A stretch of DNA of 64,000 nt from Nemertoderma westbladi. Its lineage: Eukaryota > Animalia > Xenacoelomorpha. Shown here piece after piece: positions 40,782-53,022 of this stretch. The number at the start of each line of letters is the position of its first letter. Position 1 is the stretch's first letter. The notes under the pieces were generated by a model, which ran no database searches, was not told where the DNA came from, and saw only the letters and a program-made list of their open reading frames with translations. Position numbers and translations under genes: made by a program. The stretch is from the NCBI GenBank assembly GCA_032718475.1, contig JAUCBJ010008464.1:62001-126000 (forward strand). Reading direction: 5' to 3'.

Positions 40782-41043
40782 TAGAGATGCAAGATGCAAA
40801 AAAGGACATCCTCGATGTTCTATTTTTGCATCTTGCATCTCGAATTATAGAATACATGGTAGAATATGGGAGGCCGTACACTAGAGATGCAAGATGCATG
40901 ATAAAGTCTTTGAAATATACATTAAAATAAATAAATAACATAAAAGCTATATCAATATATAAAATAAAATACGATGCATCTTGCATCTCTAGTGTACGTC
41001 GGAAACGATTTTTGCATCTGGTATCTTGCATCTTGCATCTCTA
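40782..41043. mobile_element. hAT-like MITE or nested palindrome
   Basis: Multiple TAGAGATGCAAGATGCA and TGCATCTTGCATCTCTA inverted units; no clear TSD. Confidence 0.55.
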
Positions 41044-42217
41044 ATGCTTAGTTGGACCATTAGTTGCTATTGCCTACCAGTCCAATCATCTCACCACTAC
41101 TTGGCAACTTGTAATTACATATTTAGGGAATAGAGGCAGGAACTGCTAGTGTAAGGTGCCACTACTGTAATAAGCCAACTTGCTTTATCGTGCAAAATGA
41201 TTGCCTGAGTATTTAATCGTGATTCTTTAGAATCATTAGCTAAATAATAATTTCGTTCAGTTGTTGACATGATAAATAAATATTTCAGTATCAATACTAT
41301 CGGCATAATGTAAGTTGTAATAATATTTACAAATTGGGTTGCCTCCACACCTAAAAATATATTACTTTTAAAACATCATTAATCCTCTGTGCTCCTTTTA
41401 AAAACATCAAAAAATACGTAATGATTTAAAAATAAAAAAAACAAGCATTTATGTCACACGTTTATTTGACCAAACTTCACAAAAATACACTCATATAACA
41501 CTCGCTCAACTACATTAAATAATTTTTTTATTCCTTTTTTTTTATTCTTAATAAATACACAACAATCGTGAAAATTATGTGGTGCAAAAATATGGAATAA
41601 TCAAAACACTAAAATCAAAAATTGAAAATCAAAAAGTACTCTATCTAGAAAATTAATAATAATTCAACTCAATTCAAATTATTCAACGAATTATAATAAT
41701 AAATAATTACCACCGCAAACTAAGATATCGAAAATAACAAGTTTAATAAATTGTTTCACTTTAACACCCTTTAAAATAGGACTATTATTCGATAAAAAAA
41801 AGTAAGCGGAAAACACCGCTTTTTTTCACTCATTTTCAATTTAGCGAAATTCAACTATTCTGTCCGAGTGGTTAAGTTTTACAAGAGTTGGCATGTTTTC
41901 AGCACGAGCGAAGCGAGTGTTAAAATGCCAAAGAGTGGAAAAGCGGAAAATACCGCTTTTTTTCAACGGTGATCGTGTCAACCGAAATGCAGTCCATTTT
42001 CAGGACTTAAAATCTGGAAATGTGTTGTCCTCGCGTGGGACCCAGTTCAAGAAGCGAACTGGAAAGCTGTGGACACCAAGGAATCCAGTGGTCACAAGCG
42101 CCATATATACCATATTCTGTTTCGTAAGAAATACAGGAGCTCTGTACATTAATGTACATGATTTTACTCCTCTTTTATTCACTCTTTAAAGTAAAATTGT
42201 AAAATGGGAACGTGACA

Positions 42218-43331
42218 GGATAGATCTTTTTACGGAACACAAGCGAACACAGTAGAACAAACTCGAACACACTCCAAAAACTGCCGAACACAATCGAACA
42301 CAGTCGAAAATAGAAAGAGCACAAAAAAATAACACCGGGTACCAACTTTTAGATAAAATTAGCCACGCGTTGCTTTTCTATAAGAAAATTCCCGAAATTA
42401 TTGATTAAAATTGTCGCGAAATTAAATATTCCTTTCTTATCAGATCAGGCCTAGTCTAAGCCGACAACTAATAATTTAACATAGTAGTATCTGCCTAAGT
42501 TAAGTGTGGTTAGCACCGGGACAGAGAACCCTACCGGTACCTGCCCGGGTAGGTACCTAACCGGGACCCAGCTCTTTAAATTCCAGTGCAGCAGTAGGCA
42601 GGTAGGTACCGGTACCTATGTTGTACCGTGTACTTCATGTACAAGTACAGTACGTACGGTATTGGGCCTAACATCCTAATTCATACCCTCAGCAATCAGT
42701 CCCAGGCCAAGCTATTCCGCAGTACGCAGGCAAACAGGTCTATTACTGTCGCTAATCCGCTATTACTATATATGTGACAGGTACGGTTCCCGGTAGGTTT
42801 CCGGTACCGGTACCTACTGTATGTTGTACCGTGTACTTCATGTACAGTACGTACGGTATTGGGCCTAACATCCTAATTCATACCTTCAGCAATCAGTCCC
42901 AGACCAAGCTATTCCGCAGTACGCAGGCAAACAGGTCTATTTCTGTCGCTAACCCGCTATTACTATATACTGTATGTGACAGGTACGTTTCCCGGTAGGT
43001 TTCCCTACATAGTTTGTTATACAGTACAGCAGTACACAACAAATAATAGGCTTACCTACATAGTTTGTTTACACTACAGCAGTACACAACAAATAATAGG
43101 CCTACCTGATAAGAAAGGAATATTTAATTTCGCGATAATGTTATTCAACAATTTCGGGAATTTTCTTATAGAAAAGCAACGCGTGGCTAATTTTATCTAA
43201 AACTTGGTACCCGGTGTTATTTTTTTGTGCTCTTTCTATTTTCGACTGTGTTCGATTGTGTTCGGCAGTTTTTGGAGTGTGTTCTGGTGTGTTCTTGTGT
43301 GTTCGCTTGTGTTCTGTAAAAAGAACTATCC
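42218..43331. mobile_element. Foldback or long-TIR non-autonomous DNA transposon
   Basis: ~225-bp inverted arms (42218-42443 and 43106-43331) around two ~195-bp and two ~48-bp direct repeats. Confidence 0.8.
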
Positions 43332-43917
43332 GAGGTCACATCAGGTGGAGGAGCTTAGCTAATGGCTGCAGGCGCCTAAATTATTGAATTTGAAAACTTG
43401 ACATTTTTTCCAAATATATATACACAATATAGGAAAAATAAACAAAGAATAACACAACATCAACAAATGTGTACCACATTTACACCTATAATATATTTTT
43501 TTATTTACTTGGCTCCAGCCATATATTATAGTAGTTTGATTATTCGATGCACACAGATCCTTTGTAATTTTCCCACATTTAATATGTAATAACTATAAAA
43601 TATCAATAATGGATGAAGATATTAATTGTATATTGCAATATTTTTTGTGTACACCTTTTGATTTTATTAAAAAAACATACCTAAAAACTACAACTACAAC
43701 TAATTTATTTCTGAGTATGTTAAGTTCAATAAGTTTGATATCATGACGTCAATAAATGTATATTAAACATAATTCTGGGTTATCTGGCAGTTTCATGCCT
43801 CAGCGATGGTTTAGAGAAGGGATTAGATTTACCATCAATCTGCAATTAATAATTAGATTTACAGAAATTAGATGTTTGAAATTAATTAATAATAATTCAG
43901 TGGGGTCGCTTAAAGAT

Positions 43918-44430
43918 CTACTACTACTATTAGTAAGTCGAGCGAACTCGGACAGTGGAAATGAAATCCTTCCAGGCTTCCCGATTCTCCATAGTTGTCG
44001 CAATTTCGCCTCTCCCAAGTTCAGCATCCCCTTCAAGTTGATCTATATATGTTATGGCAGGTCGTCCACGACTACGCTTTCCATGAGTGGGTTGCCAGAA
44101 AAGTAGATCTGGTATGACCTCGTCTTTACTTCGCCAGCAGTGCCTACTGAATCTTAATCTGCGTTCACGGAGGGTGGTTGATACAGGTGGTATTGTACCA
44201 TAAAGCTCGGCGTTTGTCATGTGTTGTCTCCATCCTGATGTTTATGGCAGCCCTTTGTAGTCTTGTGTAGTAACCATCAATTCGTTGTTCAAGTGATTTA
44301 GTCAGTGTCCAGGTCTCACCCCCATATACAAATACACTTTCCACTGTGGCTCGAAAGAACTTAGTCTTCAGCTGCCTGGAGAGACTGATTTCCAGATGGT
44401 ATCCATTTTTGATAGAGCTATCCATGCTCT
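43918..44430 (-). mobile_element. 3' fragment of a second RTE LINE family with (TAG)n tail
   Basis: FFRATVESVFVYGGETW, RRLRFSRHCWR, LFWQPTHG...GRP; tail TAGTAGTAG. Confidence 0.85.
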
Positions 44431-45237
44431 TGTTTTCCTTTTTTGCTATTCTCTATCCATTATTATCGTCTGTTGTCAAGTTTCCATCAAAATTTCATGG
44501 CTCAAAAACAGCAAAATCTTTAATTATTGCCGGACAAAATCATGAAAATCTCACTATATGATAAGTAAGTAAAATTTTTTTTTAGAATAATCAGACCTGT
44601 GTACAAAAATATTTGACTACTTCCCTAGTAACAGGGTGAATTTTTCATATAAATGAAACTCGCCATATAGAAAAATTACGATTATATGACTTGGTTAGTT
44701 TAACAATAGAAGTCAAGTACAGGTTTCCATAGCAACAAGGTGACCTTTTCCTAGCAATCAATGTATATTTAATGTAATTATGTTTGAAACTTGTGATAAA
44801 TAACATGTCTAACAATATAACATGGTTTGGTTAGTAATGATATGGAGTTGATACAGGTTTCCATAGCAACAAGGTAAAATGTTCATACGCAACTGCGGAT
44901 TTAGGGAACATTAGGATTCAAACCGAGAGAATTGAGATAAACAACACGTATAAAAATAAATTATTGCTAGTTAGTAGTTATACTTGAGCTGATACACGAT
45001 TGGTTGAAATGGAAATTTAGTGTAATAAGGATTCATAATGGAGATAAACAACATATGTAGCAATATTGAGATAATTAATATATTCGTTGTACATAAGAAT
45101 GATGAAGGAACTTTCGGTTAGGGTCCAGACACCGAATGATATACGTTTCTTAGGTTTGCATCCACTGAATAATAGGCTATTGATGAGAAGACAATTTTTT
45201 ATTAATAAAGTTTTAGATAGATAGATAGATAGATAGA

Positions 45238-45830
45238 TACTACTAGGATCGGCATGCTGCATTGCAGCTGCATTTTTAAGAATGCTATGCCGGCTTGTCG
45301 ACAAAATTGCGCCGCCGCAACTCCCTATCACCCATGACATTTGCTAGATCATCCGCATCTTCAAGGCCAGTGTCCTTTAAGATGCGTCTCAAGAAAGTCA
45401 TGGGCTGTCCACCACGCTTATTCACTCCATGAGGCTGCCAAAGTACAAGATTATGCACTGGTTGGTCCTCACGGCGAAAGCAATGTCCTGCAAAGCGGAG
45501 GCGATTTTGTTCTAGTGTCAAGCTTGGGGGAACCAAAGAGACACCTCCAATGTTATATAGTGTCTGGTTGGAGATGTGTGCATTGTACTTGACACAATGA
45601 ACCCGGCGTAGCATTCTTGTGAATGTGCCATCCAGAGATTTGGTGTTCTCAGCAGTTAGAGCCCAGCATGGACTCCCATTGAGGAGTACTGGAACTACTG
45701 CTGCTCTAAATAATCGGACCTTAAGTTTCCGATTATTTCTCGGTGACTTCCAAATCCTGGAAAGCCTATTCAAGGCTGCCCATGCCTTTCCCTTACGTAT
45801 TCGAAGGTCCTCATCTGACTTCCGGTGAGT
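45238..45830 (-). mobile_element. 3' fragment of RTE LINE (same family as 1-302), within a GATA microsatellite
   Basis: ORF 45285-45773 with LFRAAVVPVLLNGSPCW and RLRFAGHCFR. Confidence 0.88.
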
Positions 45831-46595
45831 GATCCACCTAGGTGATCCTAAGAGAGGTGATTCATCTATCTATCGATCTATCTATAGATATATAGATAGA
45901 TGGATAGATATATAGATATATATGGATACATTATGTAAAAACAATAACAAATACACCAATCAATGTATATAGGTTTTGTCCAACATAACATATAGGATTA
46001 GGCCTACCCCTAAAGCTTTGCAGCTTATTTCCAAGAGGGTCCTTAATGTTACTTAAGATACAAATACAATATTAAAATACAATACAAAAAGTTTTATTTG
46101 GAGTGATAGAAATTTACCTGTAAACAAGGTTAAGGAAATATTTAAGAAAGAAAAAACTCCCGGATATAAACTTCTAATGAGATCCTTAGAGTTAGAACCC
46201 ACGGATCCAAGTAAACTGAAGGATCGTATTTTAGATAAAACCATTAAGTGATACGAAATTTGAAACCTACAGTACAATAATAAACCCGTCATTAAAACGA
46301 TTTATATTTTATTTTTATATTATACTTATGTATAGGGTTGCGGAATGTCTACTTCCCCAAAGTAGAATACTGTACTGTAGGTATGGGCGGATTAGTGTAA
46401 AATCAAGTTGATATAGGATATTCAGTGGGAAGATATAGCGTAGTTTATAGACAATTCCAGAACTTTTTGATATTTTTTTAAGTATGTAATAATAATTATT
46501 TTATTAAATTAAGTCTTCTTCTATCTGTTTCTGTGATTACATTGCTCAAATTCAATATGAAATCAAATTGAACATAAAATTGCATTCTGCATATT

Positions 46596-47450
46596 TTTTA
46601 TGTGACATATTATAATAATCGCAAATAAGCAATAAAATATAACCAGATATAACTGCTATGCAGCAGTGAAGTAATAATGATCTCGTGATTACTACTCTCA
46701 GATACATTTGAATTTCCCGCCACCTAGTAAAACCCTTAGTAGGACTACAGTTAATTGGCTTATACATATAACATATATAACAACTCCTCTTTTTCGAATT
46801 TCATACTTTGAAATTTGATTTATAGAAATCTCTGTTAATGTTACTGTAGTTATGTTTGTAAAATAACCATCACCAGTTTCACTTAAATGTCTGCATGATA
46901 TATAAATTAAGAACTTCCAAGTTAGACCGTATTATTATCTTTGAGTTTTGAAATTCAATAGTAAGTGAGGCGTTGTGGTTGTGATTTAATTCGATCACTC
47001 CGACGCTGGCTTGGAGAGTCTGGGATACTACGCTTTTCGTCTTGTGTCAACAAATCTTCTTGAATTGGGCGAATAAACTTTCGATTTCGCCACAAAATAC
47101 GCCCTGATGGAAATCGAAGATGGTATCGGCGATAATTATTAGTTTCGACTCTGGGTTTTGAACTAGAACGGTGATTCTGAGAGTGGTCTGGTAAGTTCAT
47201 TCGAAAGCTTCTTCAACATTATTGGTTGAATTCCATTGGATTGGGTCCTGGTGCTCCAGTAGGTTTAGATTTTGCAATCGCTTCCATAACAATAGAAGGT
47301 GTGAACTTGATTGACTGTTACTAGTTTTTCTTTGTATGTTGGGGGATATTGGACAGTTAGGATTGACTCTCAGATACATTTGAATTTCCTGCCACCTAGT
47401 AACAGCCTTAGTAGGCCTAAAGTAGGATATTGGCTTATACATATATAACA
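46596..47450 (-). mobile_element. Small internally deleted Gypsy-type LTR element
   Basis: Direct repeats starting TGTTATATATG (47450 and 46782 on minus), PPT AAAAAGAGGAG before the 3' copy, integrase-tail motif PSGRILWRNR. Confidence 0.65.
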
Positions 47451-48123
47451 CATATGTTAACGTGAATGGCTATCGTTGCCATTTATTTCCTTGAATATAA
47501 TTCTACACTTTCTTCACAGATTCTTCATTTAGAGGTAAATCCAACACTGATCACTGTGGCACAACCATAATGACCTTGATATTGACATGATTCATACCTT
47601 TGCAATGCAAAGGTTTTCATACATACGAGTTTTTCTAATGTTGATTATGAAGATTTTAAGAGGTTGGATTAAGGAACCACTTTTCAGCGGGATGCATTCT
47701 AGAATTTCAAATTCAATATCAAGTCGTCTAATTTCACTAAGGTTGCAAGTCCCATGTGAGTTTGCTAGAGAACCAGAGGAACGCATGAAATAGACATATA
47801 GAAGGCAACTGAATTTAGACAGTTCTTATTGTAAACAGATCCAGTTGTACTAAGTGGAGTGTTGCCGAGTGCATTCTTTGAAAATGTTCTTATATTTACA
47901 TGTTGCAATTCGTCTTTTCTCGGTAGAGGGAATTTGTGTGACGGGATTGAGTTCAATGTGTGAATGAGGATTAGCGGGAGATTTGAACTATGTTTTACAT
48001 GTGTAAGCTTGACAGTATTAGTGGTACAGTATGGTACAGTAGTCAGACAGTAAAGGGATACCAGTACGGTATTACCTAGTGCAATATGCTTTACAATATG
48101 CTTGTTGTTATATCGCATTAACA

Positions 48124-48133
48124 TGGTAGCAGA
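48124..48133 (+). promoter_or_regulatory. PBS complementary to initiator tRNA-Met
   Basis: TGGTAGCAGA directly after CA. Confidence 0.75.
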
Positions 48134-48397
48134 AGCCAAACCACAGGGTGTTGATAATGGTACCAGTGTCTGGGCTATAACATACCTGAATTAATGTCGG
48201 AGATAACGTTTAATTTAAAGTACTGGTACAGAAATTAAACTTCAAGACATATTGTCAGTATCCTGTTATATCAGTATATTGTTAGATTGTTATCCAGCGG
48301 GAAATAAACGTATGGTACCGGTACTGTATACCAAACAATCTAAATACCAATATACCGATACGTATAAGACTGTAAGATATAGATAATAACTAATGCA

Positions 48398-49597
48398 ATG
48401 GATCAATCTACGATTGGGCCTAATACAAGTAATAATAGAGTTAATGTTAAAAATCCACCACCACTTAGAGAAGACCTATCTTATGAAAATTGGGTCCGAG
48501 AATTAGAAATATGGCAAGACGCGACGGACATTCCGAAAACTCGGCAGGGACCCACCGTTTTCCTGAGTTTAACTGGCGTCGCCAGTGAGGCGATTCTAGA
48601 GATCTCCCGGGATGAATTAAAAGGTAAAGATGGAGTAAATCGTATCATAGAGAAACTCGATTCCTTGTATTTAAAAGATAAGGCCATACGGGCATTCCAC
48701 TCTTATGATAAATTCTGTAGTTTTAGACGACCCACAGACTCCAATATCACAGATTTTATAATAACTTTTGAGCGAAACGTAAATAAATGTAAGGCGCTTA
48801 ATATGATTCTTCCAGATGGGGTTTTAGCCTATCAACTATTGAAATGCGCAAATTTAGATGATACCAAAAACCAATTAGCGTTAGCAACGGTCGGCGAGCT
48901 AACCTATGATAATATGAAAAAGCAAATACTGAAATTATTCGTTGATGTTTCGCCTCAGTATGTAAATAGTAGTAGCAGAGATACGGATATTAAAATAAAA
49001 TCTGAACCGATATTTGCTGCTTCGGTCGAACAGGATACCGGAACTTGGGATTCAGAGGATATTGAATGGGATTATGAAACTGATTGTTACTATGGAAATT
49101 CATATTACAGGGGGGGTTATCCACGAAGCAGCGGAAGGTTTAGTCGCAGGCCAAGAATAGCCAGATACATAGTCACTAACAATAGGAGACCTCAACGAGG
49201 AACTGTCACTTCCTATCGGGTAAACGCGCCGAAAGCTGCAGGAACTTTGCGATTAAATCCTCCAGATCAGTACGGCAGACCTACACAATGTGGTTGCTGC
49301 ATGTCGATTTATCATTATGAATCCGATTGTAAAGAATCACCAAAAAGTACCGAATATAAGTCCGCTCTCTTTAACACTGTGAACATTGAAAATGAAGACA
49401 AGCTTCAAATTGACAATATAACACTTTTCACCGACGCCGATCTTGTCACTAAAAATCATCTTCTGTCAGAAACTCTCAACTGTGCTATTATTGACACGGG
49501 CTGTACAACGACTGTCGCTGGAGAGACATGGCTGAGATGCTACATTGAGTCTTTAAACTGTGTCGATAAACGAGATATAGTTTATGAGGACAGCAAT
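48398..49597 (+). pseudogene. gag: Copia gag and protease N-terminus (5' part of split polyprotein)
   Basis: YENW..E..IW, CGCCMSIYHYESDC knuckle, IIDTGCTTTVAG protease. Confidence 0.88.
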
Positions 49598-50843
49598 TGT
49601 AAAAGCTTCTGTGGGATCTAACTGGCCCCTTTTGCTTCGCAATCCAGTTTCCCCCCAGGGGCTGGAATACTCTAAAAAGGTTCTCTAACTGTATATATAT
49701 TCCCCTCGCCCGCAAGGTACCGTTACAGGTGTTTTAACGGACATAAAAGTCATTCTGCTATATACGTGTTTTGGCGGACATGGTAAGGCAAAAAACCTGT
49801 AATGCACCAACTACCTTTCACAGCTTAGCCGTGATGATTCATATTACGACATCTAACAGCTGGTTGCTGACATGGAAACAGCCATTGGATGCATGGTTCT
49901 TTGTTCGGCTTGAGCCAATCAGAGCGATTTTTCCTGTCGACGTGTAGCTTTTCGGTCGATCATAAGGAGAGTGTTCAGTCTTACTGCTTTTACTTGATAC
50001 TTTGTTGTTATTGCTGTCTAAGCCAGAAACACCGGCTTTTTGGGAAGAACTCTAGTAAAACTGCTTAAATTATCGAAAGTATAAACTGTTACCTTAACAA
50101 ATCAATAACTCACTAATTAACATGCTCACTTAATTTAATTGCATTAATCATATTGTTTGTACTGTTATTTTACCGTCAGTTATTAATTGTACCTATTTGT
50201 TGATGGAAATATTGCTCTTTGGATAATACGGATAAATCACCCAAATTCCCAATTTTCTTGATACACTACAGGTTAGAGAGACCGGCTATACATAACAATT
50301 GCGATTTATATTAATGTGGTGTGTATTGAATCCAATGTTATTTAGCAGACCCTACGTGAGTCAATTGCTGCTCTCTTTATGTGTGATCAAATATACTGAC
50401 GGTCGGCAGAATAGTGTGTATGATTGTGATTGGTAACAAAGTATTTCCTAAAGAATACGTTTTATACTTCAATCATAAGCAGTATCGTTGCGTTTTAGTA
50501 TAAGTCTTAGTTCTGTTTAGATAGATAGAGCGCCACGTCCTAAAGGAACTGTTAATATTTCCCGAAAGCCAATAATATCTGTCAGAAATTAATTATTAAC
50601 GATCTATCGAATAATACAGTAAGTTTACACTGCAACCTTACACTGCAATAATAAAATTTAAGCATCCGAATTCAGCCTCCCGGGTGTAGATCCATCGGGT
50701 GAATGATCGCGCATGGGCTGACTTCGGCTAATGTTTTGTGTATTAGCATAAAATATTGTCGTATGCTAAAGGTGTTTTTATTAACTAAAAGACATATAAA
50801 TTTTGGCAGGTTAAACTGCTAAAGGTCTTCAAAAGCGCGAACA
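49598..50843 (+). repeat. 5' LTR of copy D (1246 bp)
   Basis: Direct repeat of 60426-61668. Confidence 0.96.
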
Positions 50844-50856
50844 GTAACAGTTTATA
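50844..50856 (+). promoter_or_regulatory. Non-tRNA primer-binding site, complementary to LTR positions 50080-50092
   Basis: GTAACAGTTTATA is the exact reverse complement of TATAAACTGTTAC; functional role inferred. Confidence 0.7.
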
Positions 50857-53022
50857 ATCTTATTGCAGTAGGCAATAAGGTTGCAAAATACCGTAGTGAC
50901 TGGTAAAACTGAACCGGTACTTTGTAGGTCAGTAGGCCTAACTGTCATCACCGGTACCGGTACTGCTGTACAAGTACATTTAGTATTATTCGATTTGATT
51001 ATTGTATACTGGTAGGTCTTAGTACTTAATCAGGGACTGCAGCCCTGAATTTTTATTGAGATTTTACCTATTTCTGTCGGTTTTATTTCCTAGTAGGCTA
51101 ATATTGAGCAGAAGGCGTGTGACCCTGCTCAGATTGTTCAGATAATTGTAGGCTGAGCTGCTGTCTGACTGTTGTTGAGTTTGGAGAGATTACGGCGTAT
51201 GTAGAGTTTGTCTGATAAAGTGCCGTTAGTAAGTTGGGGCAGCCATATGCGGTAAGGTCAATCCCCTCTTAAAGAATAAGTCGTACTACCGTGTTAGAAC
51301 GCATACTAACTAACAGTTTCAGAGTCTGCATATACTGTAGTTTATCTAGGCTTGATCGTAGTCTGCCAGTGTTTTAGCCTGAGTTTGTTTGTGTGGTCTG
51401 TTCAGGTACCGTAATAGTTATTACTCAAATATTTGTAGGCTGGATTGTTGTCTAGCTATTTTTAGGTCTGAAGGGATTGCTGCGTGTGTAGAGTTGGTCT
51501 GATCAAGTGCCGTTAGTAAGTTGGGGCAGCCATAAGCGGTAAGGTCAATCCCCTCTTAAAGAGTAAGTCGTACTACCGTGTTAGAACGCATACTAACTAA
51601 CAGTTTCAGAATCTGCACATACTGTAGTTTGTTTAGGCTTAATAGTAGTCTGCCAGCGTTTGGTTTGTATTTGTTTGAGTATTCTGTACGGGTAGCGTAA
51701 TATTTATTATTCAGAGTTTATGCGATTATTCGCAACATTCATGTCCCCAAGTTTATTCCTACAGTAATTGTGCTTGTTATACATACCGTTATAGTTAAAC
51801 TAACCCCGGTACTACATTAGGGCTGCTTGGCGTAGGTAAAGACTGACGACTTTGTGCTTCGGTCACTCCAGCAGATGCCGTGGTTCTTTTAACTGTTCAA
51901 GTATATTTAACTACTGATTATTTGTTATACCGGTACTTGTACCTAATTTAGGGTTTAGTGTACAGTGCTTTCCGAAGTAATTAGTGTAGGCAGTATATTT
52001 GTGTTGTAAAGTGGTTGATAGGCACATTCGTTAGCTCTATTAGCTTCTGGGTAGGAACAATCCGTGATACATAACGTAGTACCTATAGCGATACGGTTAT
52101 AGGTCGTCAGGCGGTGGTATTTTCCTATCTGGACAGTACAATATATTTACTACTTATTATTTCAAATACCGTAGTACCCTGTCCGTTGTAATAACCAGAA
52201 TTCTAACCCTTTGTTAGGCTGGTTTGTAGACTTCCTGTAAAATTACCCTAAAAATTTCGTACGTAATATTTTGTTGTGTTTAATTAGAGAATTAATCTCA
52301 CCAGTATAGTAAGTAATTTGTAGTATTAAGTAACTTAGGTAAATTATAATTATCAGTTTTAGTGTCAAATAAATAGCACTTCACTGAGAGGCGTTCAGCT
52401 TCTGTGTAGTGACTCCCCCAGAAATAATAACATTTATTTCAAATATTGACAAAAACCCATATAACGGGTATATAAATATTATAAATCAACTCAAACGATT
52501 TATAAATAGTAGGCCTGCCATACAACAACTAGGTCTCAATATCAGTTGGACTGCTGCTTAAATAACGGTAATAAAGTAAGTTAAAGTAACCAAGTAACCC
52601 TAAAATATTCAGAAATTCAATTATTCTAAAATAATTGACATACCGGTATTTACCATAGGCTTATTATATTTATTTCTATAAATTTGAGCTGAAATCATAC
52701 CGGTATTCTGTAATTAATTCTAGTAATAATTATACTTATATATACTATAAGTGTCAGCTGTATACCGGTATTCACGATAGGCCTATTATATATTTATATA
52801 TATTTGTGCTAAAATTATATACCGGTACTCTGTGACAAATCTAGTCTGTAATAATACTTATATATATATTATAAGCATACCGGTATTCTAATATATTATA
52901 TATATATCACGCTACACTGAGTAGCAGTATCGGTAATTAATTATTAGGCTAACAGTGATACTGAATTACTAGACTTGCTTTAACTGTAATATAGCAGTAG
53001 GCGTTCGACTGTACAATCAAAC

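Noticed and set aside
47587-48139. Short ORFs as possible host exons
   Set aside because: No recognisable motif or supported splice structure
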